DNA of 35,360 bases, from NCBI GenBank assembly GCA_022759165.1, contig JAEMPT010000082.1, forward strand, positions 1-35,360, read 5' to 3'. Under the pieces are notes generated by a model, which was not told the DNA's origin, searched no databases, and saw only the letters and a list, made by a program, of their open reading frames with translations. The position numbers were made by a program, and so were the translations under genes. This document shows, in pieces, positions 18,009 to 26,973 of this stretch. How positions within the stretch are numbered: the stretch's first letter is position 1; the number at the start of each line of letters is the position of its first letter. The DNA is from Thermoprotei archaeon (GTDB taxonomy: Archaea > Thermoproteota > Thermoprotei_A > Sulfolobales > Fervidicoccaceae).

Positions 18009-19013
18009 ATGAAGGAGGATGGCAAGATAGCTATCGCTGCGGTCGCAACTTTTTTTATTTTCATAATAACTCTTGGAATGGGCAAATATGAATTTTCACC
18101 GATAGGCTCTTTAAAAATTCTAATTGAATCGCTCGCAGGAAAGGCTCCCAATGGAGATCCGCTGGCAAATATAGTATTACAGATAAGGCTTCCTCGTGTA
18201 TTAGCCGCTTTGCTAGTTGGGGCATCTCTATCGGTCTCAGGAGCCGGATTTCAGGCATTATTTAGAAACCCCCTCGTTAGCCCAGACATACTTGGAGTGC
18301 TTGCAGGGGCAGGATTCGGCGCATCGCTTGCGATACTCCTAAATTTTCCACTTCCTTTTGTACAGGCAGTAGCCTTCGGGATTGGATTAGCGGCATTGGG
18401 ATTATCTTATACAGTTGCGTGGAGGGGGGGAGGAGCAAGAATCGTTGACTTAGTGCTCTCAGGTATAATAATAGGAAGTCTTTTCAAAAGCCTTATGAGC
18501 CTAGTTAAGTTCCTAGCTGACCCTGAGTCCAAATTACCACAGATAACCTACTGGCTAATGGGCGGTCTCGCATCGTCAAGTTGGGGGGACGTTGAAATTC
18601 TAGCGCTGATTTCTGTACCTTCTATCGCTATGCTATATTTGCTTAGATGGAGACTGGATGCATTCATGTTGGGAGAGGAAGAGGCAAAAGCTCTTGGAAT
18701 AAAGGTCGAATTTTATAAAGCAGCTGTGATCGTACTTTCAACGCTTCCAGCTGCAGCTAGCACGGTTGTCGCGGGATTGGTAGGATGGATTGGACTAGTT
18801 ATTCCTCACATGGCTCGAATGATTTTCGGAGATTCAAATAGATTCACTGTGCCAGGATCCGCCATAATAGGAGGAGCATTTCTGCTGGTAGTAGATACTA
18901 TATCACGGGCAGTGCTCCCGAGCGAGCTCCCCCTAGAAGTCCTCACATCCTTCGTTGGCGTTCCATTCTTCGCATACTTGCTTAGGAGGAGGGTTTACCA
19001 TGGATGGAGCTGA
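18009..19013 (+). CDS. FecCD/BtuC-family ABC permease
   Basis: RLPRVLAALLVGASLSVSGAGFQALFRNPLVSPDILGV is the FecCD signature region. The C-terminal end reads GVPFFAYLLRR. Confidence 0.85.
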   Translation: MKEDGKIAIAAVATFFIFIITLGMGKYEFSPIGSLKILIESLAGKAPNGDPLANIVLQIRLPRVLAALLVGASLSVSGAGFQALFRNPLVSPDILGVLAGAGFGASLAILLNFPLPFVQAVAFGIGLAALGLSYTVAWRGGGARIVDLVLSGIIIGSLFKSLMSLVKFLADPESKLPQITYWLMGGLASSSWGDVEILALISVPSIAMLYLLRWRLDAFMLGEEEAKALGIKVEFYKAAVIVLSTLPAAASTVVAGLVGWIGLVIPHMARMIFGDSNRFTVPGSAIIGGAFLLVVDTISRAVLPSELPLEVLTSFVGVPFFAYLLRRRVYHGWS

Positions 19014-19794
19014 GCTGAAAGTTGAGGGGGTAAGCTATTCATATGGTCGCGATGACTTTTCATTGAAAAATATTAGCTTGTCTTTGAAAGGAGGGGAAAT
19101 ATTAGCTCTGCTTGGCCCGAATGGCTCAGGGAAAACCACTTTAACCAAGATCGTTCTCGGCATTTTAAAGCCTCACCCACCCTCTGTCACAGTTGGTGGG
19201 GTCAATTTATTCGAAGTAACTGAAAAGGAGAGAGCTAAGCTAATTGCCTGGGTACCGCAAGAAATAATGAAAAACGTCCCCCTCAGAGTAGAGGATTTCG
19301 TTTTATTAGGAAGGACCCCCCATATCTCTCCGCTATCAATCCCTTCAGATTTGGATAGAAAGCTTGTAGCAGAAGCCTTAAGGAAGTTCGGGCTGGAGAT
19401 CTTGGCGAAGAGGTATTTTTCTCAACTTAGCGGGGGAGAGAGGAGATTAGCGAGTATCGCCAGGGCTTACGTTCAGGGCACCCCATTTATGGTTTTGGAT
19501 GAACCGACTGCCTACCTCGATTTCAAGAACAAGTTGTTGGCCTTGAAAGTTATGAAGGAGCTAGCGCAGGAGGGTAGGGGGATCCTCTTCACCACGCACG
19601 ACCCCAATGAAGCTGTAGAAATTGCAGACCAGGTAGTTTTGATGTATAGAGGCGAAATCCTGATATCTGGAAATCCTGATGAGGTCATAAATGAAGAGAC
19701 TCTGGAAAAAGTGTATGGTATTAAGGTTAAAATTGTTAGGAGCAATGGTAGAGCTTACGTTACCCCATCTATAGGACAACATATAGAGGCTTGA
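19000..19794 (+). CDS. ABC importer ATPase (FepC/BtuD-like)
   Basis: Walker A GPNGSGKTT, Q-loop WVPQE, signature LSGGERR, Walker B MVLDEPTAYLD, H-loop TTHD. ATG 19000 (MDGAELKVEG...) overlaps the permease stop. The 18955 start in the ORF track is an in-frame read-through of the permease 3' end. Confidence 0.9.
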   Translation: MDGAELKVEGVSYSYGRDDFSLKNISLSLKGGEILALLGPNGSGKTTLTKIVLGILKPHPPSVTVGGVNLFEVTEKERAKLIAWVPQEIMKNVPLRVEDFVLLGRTPHISPLSIPSDLDRKLVAEALRKFGLEILAKRYFSQLSGGERRLASIARAYVQGTPFMVLDEPTAYLDFKNKLLALKVMKELAQEGRGILFTTHDPNEAVEIADQVVLMYRGEILISGNPDEVINEETLEKVYGIKVKIVRSNGRAYVTPSIGQHIEA

Positions 19795-19920
19795 CTTGTT
19801 GTAGCCTTTCTTTAGGGCCTCTATTGAAGATTTGAGATATTGCTCTAAAAAGCTACAGGAATGCAGATTTATGTTGCTTATAGAAAAGTTTATATATAAA
19901 ATTCTGGTTATTAAAACCAG

Positions 19921-21093
19921 GTGGTTCGCTTGGAATTACAGCAAAAAATCATATTTTCACTGCTCGTTGTAGCTCTAATATTATCAATGGCTTCATTGAT
20001 ATTTGTCTATGAATCCAACAATTCGTTTAAGGTCATCGAAGGCACGCTGCAAAATTTAAGCAATTCCGTAGCGGGCTTTCAAAAGATGTCTTCATCGTTA
20101 CAGAACATAAACTCAACCTTATCAGAGAAAATCAATGAAATTTCGGCTCAGATAAACGAGCTTAAGTTCCCGATACAGGTATATGACGCATTAAACAGGA
20201 CCGTTTTCATTACGCAACAACCGGAGAGGGTGGTTTCGATCGCCCCAAGCATAACGGAGATCCTCTTCGCGATAAATGCTAGCTCATTGGTTGTAGGAGT
20301 CGATGACTTTTCCAACTATCCCCCTATCTTAGAAAAAATGGTAGCCAACGGAACCATCGCAAGAGTAGGAGGATTTTCTGACATAAGCCTTGAGAAGGTA
20401 GTCTCTCTTAAACCAGACCTAGTCATAGGTACAACGGGAGTTCAATATAAATTCATCTACCAACTTTCCCAGATGGGAATTGACTCTATATCGTTGAGGA
20501 CAGAGAGCATAGATGATATCTTTTCTGCGACATTGCTTTTGGGGAAAATAACTGGTCACTATAATGAGGCAGTTGTACTCGTTAACGACCTTAAGCAAAA
20601 AATAATGAACATCTATGAAACGGTTTCCACGAGGACTACAGAGAGACCCTCTGTAGCCTATATTGTATGGATAAGCCCACTGTTTGTTGCGGGAGGGAGC
20701 AGCTTCTGGAACGATGCGATAAACCTCGCTGGAGGCGTCAATGCTTTCCAGAATGTCACTCAGGCTTGGCCGATGGTCTCTTGGGAGGATTTAGTGAAAG
20801 CAAACCCTGACTTCATTATATTATCCGAAAACGCAGGGGGATTTTCGAATGCCTCTCAATTTATCATTTGGGCTAAAAATCAGCCAGGAGGGGACAGTTT
20901 GAACGCAATAAAAAATGGAAGAGTATACATGCTTCATGGTGAGCTGAACGACATCGCTTCCAGACCAGGACCGAGAATAGCTGAACTTCAGCTGTCTATT
21001 TCGCTAATACTGCACCCAGACATATATGGAAAAGCGATCGTTCCTCAAGATCTGGACCTCGGTACCGTGATGAACCTTACAGCACAGAGGTGA
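19921..21093 (+). CDS. Second Fe-siderophore/cobalamin-type substrate-binding protein with an extended N-terminal linker
   Basis: TM anchor, then a ~60-aa Ser/Asn/Gln-rich helical stretch (NNSFKVIEGTLQNLSNSVAGFQKMSSSLQNINSTLSEKINEISAQINEL). The binding-protein core follows (RVVSIAPSITEILFAINA, LKPDLVIGT, ANPDFIILS). GTG start follows a TATA-like AAAGTTTATATATAAAA. Confidence 0.75.
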   Translation: MVRLELQQKIIFSLLVVALILSMASLIFVYESNNSFKVIEGTLQNLSNSVAGFQKMSSSLQNINSTLSEKINEISAQINELKFPIQVYDALNRTVFITQQPERVVSIAPSITEILFAINASSLVVGVDDFSNYPPILEKMVANGTIARVGGFSDISLEKVVSLKPDLVIGTTGVQYKFIYQLSQMGIDSISLRTESIDDIFSATLLLGKITGHYNEAVVLVNDLKQKIMNIYETVSTRTTERPSVAYIVWISPLFVAGGSSFWNDAINLAGGVNAFQNVTQAWPMVSWEDLVKANPDFIILSENAGGFSNASQFIIWAKNQPGGDSLNAIKNGRVYMLHGELNDIASRPGPRIAELQLSISLILHPDIYGKAIVPQDLDLGTVMNLTAQR

Positions 21094-21103
21094 GCTCCCT
21101 TCT

Positions 21104-22093
21104 TTGCTTTCTTCGGTTGAAGATTATGTAGAAAAAAAGAGGAAGAGGCTTAAGCTGCTGATCTTGACCGCTCTTTTTTCTTTAGTTCCCGTTTTTTGGC
21201 TAAGCTTATACTTAGGATCATCTGGTCCGCTTCCTATGTGGAGGTGGCACTTAGATGACCCTATATTTCAGCTGAGAATTTACAGGACTCTGACTGCCTT
21301 TTTTTCGGCCGCTTCTTTGGCTCTAAATGGTTTACTGCTCCAGAATCTCCTCGCTAACCCTTTGATAGACTCAAGCATACTCGGGATTTCTTCTGGGTCT
21401 ACACTGGGCATGCTTACGGGCTACATAATATCGGCTAAGCTAGGGCTTTATATTGCTCCAATCGTTTCTCTCATTTTCTCTCTAGCTACTATGATGCTGG
21501 TTTATGGACTTAGCAAAATGGGTGGGTTCAGGATACTTGTTGTTGCGTTATCTGGTGTCATGGTATCAACGATGCTTACCTCGATATCTTATCTATTAAT
21601 TTTAGTCAATCCGGCAATTTCAAAGGGTGGTGTAGCCTTAGTACTGGGGAGCTTAGGATATTCTGACACCTGGAGCGTATACCTAAGCCTAGCGAGCTTT
21701 TCTGTTGTAGCTGGCCATCAAATGCTCAGAGTAGGGAACATTAGGAAGATCCTATTAGGAGAGGATCTCGCAAGAGCTTCTGGCATAAACGTGGAGCGTA
21801 TCAGGAAGGAGAGCCTAATAGTTTCTAGCCTTAGCATATCGCTAGTGACTCTCTCTGTAGGACCAATTGGCTTTATTGGACTGATAATACCGCATATTTC
21901 AAGAATAGCTGTAGGCGGAGATCCTGGTGCCTGCTCGATAACCTCGACGCTTTGGGGACCGGTGCTACTAATTTGTGCGGACATAGTCTCCAGGGTAGCA
22001 TTCATGCCGTCCGAGCTTCCAGTTGGGATTACTATGAGCATTATAGGCGCTCCATTCTTCCTCTTCCTCCTGATAAAGAGCATGAGGCGATAG
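21104..22093 (+). CDS. Second FecCD/BtuC-family ABC permease
   Basis: RIYRTLTAFFSAASLALNGLLLQNLLANPLIDSSILGIS and C-terminal GAPFFLFLLIK. TTG start 10 nt after the binding-protein stop. Confidence 0.85.
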   Translation: MLSSVEDYVEKKRKRLKLLILTALFSLVPVFWLSLYLGSSGPLPMWRWHLDDPIFQLRIYRTLTAFFSAASLALNGLLLQNLLANPLIDSSILGISSGSTLGMLTGYIISAKLGLYIAPIVSLIFSLATMMLVYGLSKMGGFRILVVALSGVMVSTMLTSISYLLILVNPAISKGGVALVLGSLGYSDTWSVYLSLASFSVVAGHQMLRVGNIRKILLGEDLARASGINVERIRKESLIVSSLSISLVTLSVGPIGFIGLIIPHISRIAVGGDPGACSITSTLWGPVLLICADIVSRVAFMPSELPVGITMSIIGAPFFLFLLIKSMRR

Positions 22094-22095
22094 CT

Positions 22096-22842
22096 GTGCC
22101 AGAGGTTGTGCTTAGAGGCTCAATAGGATACTCGTTCCCCCTATACAGAAACTTGCACATCGAGCTGCGCTCAGGATACTTATATTGTGTTCTTGGACCC
22201 AACGGGTCTGGCAAAAGTACTTTGCTGAAGACCTTGTCTGGATCGATCCCCGTTTTCGAGGGGTCCCTTGAAAAAATCCCTCATGATTCTGCTTCCTCCT
22301 ATCTTCCTCCGGATCCCCCGGAGTTGCCTGGAATGAGGGGAGGGGATGCCGCGCTTTCGTTTTTAGCTACAAATGAAAAAAGGCTACTATATGGCAATTG
22401 GCGTAGCGAACAATCGCTTGAAAGGTTAGTGAGATATATTGAGGAATTCAGCTCCCCAGTAGACTTGGAGAAGTATTTCAATGAGCTTAGCACCGGAGAA
22501 AGGATGAAAATACTGTTGGCCTCTGCTCTCGCTTCTGAGGCCGATTTTCTTTTTTTAGATGAACCGAGCGGCCATTTAGACGTAAGGTCTAGAATCTTGC
22601 TATACAGAATTCTAAAAAGGGAAAAAGAGAGCAGGTTAATTGTCCTTAGCATGCATGAGCTTTCTGAAGCATCCTCAGCTTGCGACAAAGGAATACTCTT
22701 AGGTGCAGGGAATTTTTACGGTCCCTCGGACATAGGTTCGATACTCAACGAGGATTTGCTCAGTTTAGCCTACGGTGCCAGGTTCAAGAAGGTCCTTATA
22801 GACGGAAAGCCCTTGCTCGTTCCCTATGATATAAAAGAATGA
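22096..22842 (+). CDS. Second ABC ATPase, divergent (no Q-loop Gln recognisable)
   Basis: Walker A GPNGSGKSTL, signature LSTGERM, Walker B LFLDEPSGHLD, H-loop SMHE. The expected Q-loop position reads SYLPPDPPE. The ORF track start (21952) lies inside the permease gene. GTG 22096, directly after the permease stop, is the most economical start (alternative GTG 22108). Confidence 0.75.
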   Translation: MPEVVLRGSIGYSFPLYRNLHIELRSGYLYCVLGPNGSGKSTLLKTLSGSIPVFEGSLEKIPHDSASSYLPPDPPELPGMRGGDAALSFLATNEKRLLYGNWRSEQSLERLVRYIEEFSSPVDLEKYFNELSTGERMKILLASALASEADFLFLDEPSGHLDVRSRILLYRILKREKESRLIVLSMHELSEASSACDKGILLGAGNFYGPSDIGSILNEDLLSLAYGARFKKVLIDGKPLLVPYDIKE

Positions 22843-22903
22843 AATTTTTGATTGCAGTAATAGTTATAAGTTCAGTTGGCAAGGTTTTCTTTGGGAGTGG
22901 CTT

Positions 22904-23953
22904 TTGGGGCAGCAAAAATCTAGCGAGCTCGCTAAAGTTACTAATAGCGGCGCCATTCTTCTTGGGAATATATTCGAAGTTGATTCTTTTGCTGGGAAGC
23001 CAGTAAGGGTGGTGTCACATTTCCATAGCGACCACACAATTCTGCTTTCCAAGAGCGGTAAGTTTGCCTCTCATATCTTAGCAACACCTGCAACAATTGA
23101 AGCGCTCCCACTCATGGGATTTTCGCTCCCGGAAGACAAGCTCCTCCCATTAGAATATGGAAGAAGCATTAAGTTCGGAGAAGATTCGCTGGTGCTCGTG
23201 AAATCCTCGCATGTAATCGGAAGTGCTCAGGTCTTGGTTGAAACCGTAGATGGAAGCAGGGTGGGATACACTGGGGACTTCAAGTTCCCTGGTACCAAAA
23301 TAATGAGCGACTTAGATGTTTTAATTATAGATGCTACATACGGAGAAGAAACGATGGTGAGGCCTTTCAAAAATGAGGTCGACATCTTGTTCAGTGACCT
23401 CGTCTCTGAGCTACTATCGAAAGGGAAGCCGGTTATCGTGAAAGGTTACCATGGAAAGCTCCAGGAGGCCATGCACATTATGAGGAGGTTTGGGGTTGAG
23501 GCTCCTTTCATTCTTCCAGAGAAGGTCTACGAGCTAACAAAGCTTGCCGAAAAGCATGGGCTCAAGGTTGGCAATTATTTCCGCGAGGGATCTGAAGAGG
23601 CAGTAGAAGCCATAAAAGGCGGGTGGTTCGTTTACTTAAATCACGCTAACTCGAGGAAAAAAACTCCCTTCGTTGCCTCTGAGGTCGTTTTGACGGGTTG
23701 GTTCTTTTCCTCTCCTCTGAAAAAGATCTACGAAAATGGCTCCGGAGAAAGATGGGTCGTAGCTTTGAGCGACCACGCCGATTTCGAAGATACGCTCTAC
23801 TATGTGGAAGAGGCGAGACCGAAGAAGATCTTGATCGATGCATTCAGGTCCTCAAGAGAGATCGCGGAGGCGTTTGCTAAGAGCGTTCTTAGAAGGCTCG
23901 GAAAGGAAGCTGTTGTTATGCCAGACTCTCATGGTATCGAAGAGGAGGATTGA
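22904..23953 (+). CDS. Short beta-CASP-type metallo-beta-lactamase-fold nuclease (COG1236-like)
   Basis: MBL motifs VVSHFHSDH (HxHxDH), SSHVIGSA and GYTGDF. Beta-CASP motif A is IIDATYGEE and motif B is ALSDHADFEDTLYYVEE. At the motif C position (usually vHGE) the sequence reads ILIDAF, so there is no His. Size and N-terminus resemble the ~340-aa stand-alone exonuclease class rather than the ~640-aa aCPSF1. TTG start. Confidence 0.75.
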   Translation: MGQQKSSELAKVTNSGAILLGNIFEVDSFAGKPVRVVSHFHSDHTILLSKSGKFASHILATPATIEALPLMGFSLPEDKLLPLEYGRSIKFGEDSLVLVKSSHVIGSAQVLVETVDGSRVGYTGDFKFPGTKIMSDLDVLIIDATYGEETMVRPFKNEVDILFSDLVSELLSKGKPVIVKGYHGKLQEAMHIMRRFGVEAPFILPEKVYELTKLAEKHGLKVGNYFREGSEEAVEAIKGGWFVYLNHANSRKKTPFVASEVVLTGWFFSSPLKKIYENGSGERWVVALSDHADFEDTLYYVEEARPKKILIDAFRSSREIAEAFAKSVLRRLGKEAVVMPDSHGIEEED

Positions 23954-24023
23954 TTTGCTTCTCCCTCCCCTTAGACCTATTGATAATAAGGGGGGAAGGC
24001 TGCCAAGGTCTCCAAAATCGCAG

Positions 24024-24827
24024 ATGCTCCCGATCTATGAGTACTTAGATGTATTTTCCCGAGCTTTTGAATCAGAAAAGGCATTGCTGGATTTTCTCGA
24101 AGACAACTATAGCTACACGAGAGCCCTCCTATGGCTCAGAACTCTACAATGGATGGGATTCATCGATCCAGCCGAGGCATCATCTCCCTTCAAGCGAGGA
24201 CTTAAGTCAATTGAAATTAGATTTCTACCCCTCTATGAAGTGGTGAAAAAGGCGAGTTGCTTTCCCGCGGTATCCTGTTTTTCCCCTTTTCTCTCCATGC
24301 TCGCTCCCACCATTTTCAGAAAAGTTACTGCGTTAGCGCTTAATTCTAAGAGCGTTTCGGAAATAGCAGAGTTGTTGATAAGAGGGGACTTAGCTGCTGA
24401 AAGGGTAATAGCTCAGCAATATTTTAGTTTCGGTGGAGTTGGTACAACTGATCTCATATTTTTGCTCAGACTTCTTTTTTCAACTCTCGTCGTAAGAAGG
24501 GGCAAAAAAAGCGATGAAGGAGGTAAAGTAGCATATATGAGAGACCAAGTAAGGGGTGTCTGGAAGGAGCATCCTTGTCTGCAGCTTTCGCCCTATCTGG
24601 GCAAGGACCTTATTGAAGCAGAGAAGTTCTTGTCTGGAAGTATCATCGACATCCGAGAAGGAAAGATTGAGCCCAGAATAATCCTAAGCTCTAAGTTGAA
24701 TGATGATTCTATGAAATGTTTGCTTGGTTGCCTAGAAGATCTGAAGTTATCTCTCCCTGAAATAGCAAAGACCTACGAAGATTTTTGGGATTTAAGGTTT
24801 CGAAGAGCTGGTATTTCGAAAGGCTGA
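24024..24827 (+). CDS. Hypothetical protein downstream of the beta-CASP nuclease
   Basis: ORF 23838..24827 overlaps the nuclease by 116 nt. Realistic starts are TTG 23955 (1 nt after the nuclease TGA) or ATG 24024 (MLPIYEYLDVF...). The N-terminus could be a winged-helix-like segment (EKALLDFLEDNYSYTRALLWLRTLQWMGFID). I recognise no catalytic motif. Confidence 0.45.
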   Translation: MLPIYEYLDVFSRAFESEKALLDFLEDNYSYTRALLWLRTLQWMGFIDPAEASSPFKRGLKSIEIRFLPLYEVVKKASCFPAVSCFSPFLSMLAPTIFRKVTALALNSKSVSEIAELLIRGDLAAERVIAQQYFSFGGVGTTDLIFLLRLLFSTLVVRRGKKSDEGGKVAYMRDQVRGVWKEHPCLQLSPYLGKDLIEAEKFLSGSIIDIREGKIEPRIILSSKLNDDSMKCLLGCLEDLKLSLPEIAKTYEDFWDLRFRRAGISKG

Positions 24828-24875
24828 CCTGCCTCTTTTTCGTTTGCCGTAGCGGTTTTTAGAAATTTCAGAATA

Positions 24876-25280
24876 TCAATCGATATCTGAAGATATTGAA
24901 CAGAACGAGGAAGTTTTTATTCCATGCAATTTAGATATGGAGGTCATCAAATGCTTTATTCTCTCAGCGTCTCCCTTTACAGCTATGATCAGCATGCAGT
25001 TTTTTTCTGTAAGATGGATGTGGAGCGCTGAGATAATGACGTCCATAAATTCATGCTGTATGTCGGTGATCTTCTCTTCCAGTCCGTGAACATCGTGGTT
25101 ATAATGAATTGCGATCGCGCCCGCAACCTTGCCTTCGCTCGATATCCACTTCGTGTTAACGATATACATTTCAGCGGCCCTTTGCAATAGGGAGGAACGA
25201 CTGATCCCCTCCGATCTCGATATTCTCTCCAATTCCTCGAGAAGATGTTTTGGAAAGGAAACTGAGAATCGCGCGCTCAA
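24876..25280 (-). CDS. nikR: Nickel-responsive transcriptional regulator NikR
   Basis: N-terminal ribbon-helix-helix (FSVSFPKHLLEELERISRSEGISRSSLLQRA). The C-terminal metal-binding domain has LHIHLTEKNCMLIIAVKG, matching the E. coli NikR H87-x-H89-x5-C95 site (LHVHINHDDCLEIAVLKG as I recall it), plus an upstream His in IQHEF. Confidence 0.85.
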   Translation of the reverse strand: MSARFSVSFPKHLLEELERISRSEGISRSSLLQRAAEMYIVNTKWISSEGKVAGAIAIHYNHDVHGLEEKITDIQHEFMDVIISALHIHLTEKNCMLIIAVKGDAERIKHLMTSISKLHGIKTSSFCSISSDID

Positions 25281-25299
25281 ATTTTATCCCCATCGCTCC

Positions 25300-25965
25300 T
25301 TATATTATAATCTTCCCATCCTTCATATAATAAGTTTCATCGCAGAGCACCTCAATTTCTTTGTCCTGCGTTGCTATCACGACTGCCCATTCCTCAGAGT
25401 TTTTGCTTGAAATGAATTCGTGCAACCTTTTCATCATTTTTTCCTTGTTTTCTTCGTCAAGATTGCTTGTGGGCTCGTCCAGTAGCAACAGCTCTGGTTC
25501 CGTCACGAGTACCGATGCAAGTGAAACGAGCCTTCTTTGACCAAAGCTGAGCCTATGTGGAATTCTATCTTTGAGCTGCTCCAATCCTAGTTTCTTCAAT
25601 TCTTCTTCTGCCTTTTCAGAGGATTTCTCTCTCGGGATTCCTCTAACGATGAGCCCGAATGCTACCTCTTCCAATACGTTGGGGTTGAACAGCATGTCAT
25701 CGGGGTTCTGGAACAAGAGCCCTATTTTCTTTCGGAGCTCGGGGGCATTGTTTTTTTCGACCCTCCTCCCGAAAAGCTCGACTTCTCCTGACTGGGGGAA
25801 AATTAGAGCGTCAAGCACCATGAGGAGAGTGCTTTTCCCCGAACCGTTCGGTCCCATCAAGCAGATGACGCTCTCTTTTTTTAAACCGAGGCTTACACCA
25901 TTGAGCGCCCTAGTACCATCGGGATATGTGTACGTTACATCTTTGAGCGTTGCTATCATTTCCAT
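25300..25965 (-). CDS. cbiO: ECF-type Ni/Co transporter ATPase (CbiO/NikO)
   Basis: Walker A GPNGSGKSTL, Q-loop LLFQNPDD, signature LSFGQRR, Walker B LLLDEPTSNLD. The H-loop position reads IATQD (Gln instead of His). It is short (221 aa). Confidence 0.85.
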   Translation of the reverse strand: MEMIATLKDVTYTYPDGTRALNGVSLGLKKESVICLMGPNGSGKSTLLMVLDALIFPQSGEVELFGRRVEKNNAPELRKKIGLLFQNPDDMLFNPNVLEEVAFGLIVRGIPREKSSEKAEEELKKLGLEQLKDRIPHRLSFGQRRLVSLASVLVTEPELLLLDEPTSNLDEENKEKMMKRLHEFISSKNSEEWAVVIATQDKEIEVLCDETYYMKDGKIII

Positions 25966-25991
25966 GATCTCACTCTTCTGAAAGAGATGAG

Positions 25992-26711
25992 CTAAATCTC
26001 TATAGCTATGAAAAAGGCTGCTAACAATATTGCTAAAATCAACATAGACGTCTTCGTGATTTTGCTTCTCTTTATGCCGACATTACCTCCACCTCTTGAA
26101 ATGAAGGCCATGTTCATCCTTTCCCCCCTCTCATATCCTCTGACCAACTGGTATCCGAAAAAGTAACCCAAATCCTTTAGCCTTAACTTCGGTACCCCCC
26201 TTGAAAGAAATGCCAAGGATGAGCTCCATATGAATCTTGCCATCGATATAGCGTCAATCGATGTCATCATCATTAGATACGCGAAACCTTCAGGAATTCT
26301 AATTGAGGCAAGCCCATAGGATATGTAAGGCAATCCATAGCTCCTCGTTAGCAAAGAAGGTAATGATAGGGCCCCCCAAACTCTGAGCGTAAATACCACT
26401 GCCCCGTATAAGCCAAAGCCGGGGTCCCAAACAGCCCTTGGAAGAGCTATTGCTAAAGAGAAAAGGGGTATGAAAAAAAGGGAGCTCTTGATGAACCTGC
26501 TTAAGCTTTCCCCTATCGTTATTGCGAGCGCAAGCGATAACGATATAACGAATAATGGGAAGAAGGCTCCCTTCGATAGAACTACGAGGAATGGACAAGA
26601 TATCGCCAAAAAGGCAGCATCTGCCTCAGAAAATATTTTTCTCTTAGGCCTGTCAGCCAAATAAGAAAGCTCAATGAACTCTTCTAAGCCCTTAATTGCC
26701 TCCATCTTCAC
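25992..26711 (-). CDS. cbiQ: ECF transporter transmembrane (T) component CbiQ/NikQ
   Basis: Five or six TM segments. The C-terminal coupling-helix region ERGERMNMAFISRGG matches the CbiQ AxxxRG motif. Its operon position lies between the small subunit and the ATPase. Confidence 0.75.
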   Translation of the reverse strand: MKMEAIKGLEEFIELSYLADRPKRKIFSEADAAFLAISCPFLVVLSKGAFFPLFVISLSLALAITIGESLSRFIKSSLFFIPLFSLAIALPRAVWDPGFGLYGAVVFTLRVWGALSLPSLLTRSYGLPYISYGLASIRIPEGFAYLMMMTSIDAISMARFIWSSSLAFLSRGVPKLRLKDLGYFFGYQLVRGYERGERMNMAFISRGGGNVGIKRSKITKTSMLILAILLAAFFIAIEI

Positions 26712-26973
26712 CGACCTTCATCAGGAGCCTAATTATAGCGAAAACGATGATCCCTCCCACTAAGCCGCTGATGATACCCCCTGCCCAACATGGAAATCCG
26801 GGGATTGTGTACTCTGGAAAAGGTGAGCCTAGGAGGTTTTCACCCGTCAAATTCATTCTTTCAGCTACTTCATCGAGCGGTTCATAGGAAACAGATAAGA
26901 CTGTAGATCCAATTACTATCGCTACTGCGGAAAAAACGGCCAGGGCGAGATATATTTTCTTCATTGAGCTCAC
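26692..26973 (-). CDS. Small two-TM PDGLE-domain-like accessory subunit (NikL/CbiN analogue)
   Basis: 93 aa with an N-terminal TM, the extracytoplasmic segment SYEPLDEVAERM (resembling the PDGLE motif) and a C-terminal TM (GGIISGLVGGIIVFAII). Its stop overlaps the nikM region and it sits in the slot occupied by CbiN/NikN/NikL. Confidence 0.6.
   Translation of the reverse strand: MSSMKKIYLALAVFSAVAIVIGSTVLSVSYEPLDEVAERMNLTGENLLGSPFPEYTIPGFPCWAGGIISGLVGGIIVFAIIRLLMKVGEDGGN

Noticed and set aside
23838-23953. 116-nt overlap between the beta-CASP nuclease and the next ORF as a possible programmed frameshift or fusion
   Set aside because: There is no slippery heptamer or downstream structure. 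A TTG one nt after the nuclease stop and an ATG at 24024 give ordinary coupled starts. The overlap is most simply an open upstream extension.
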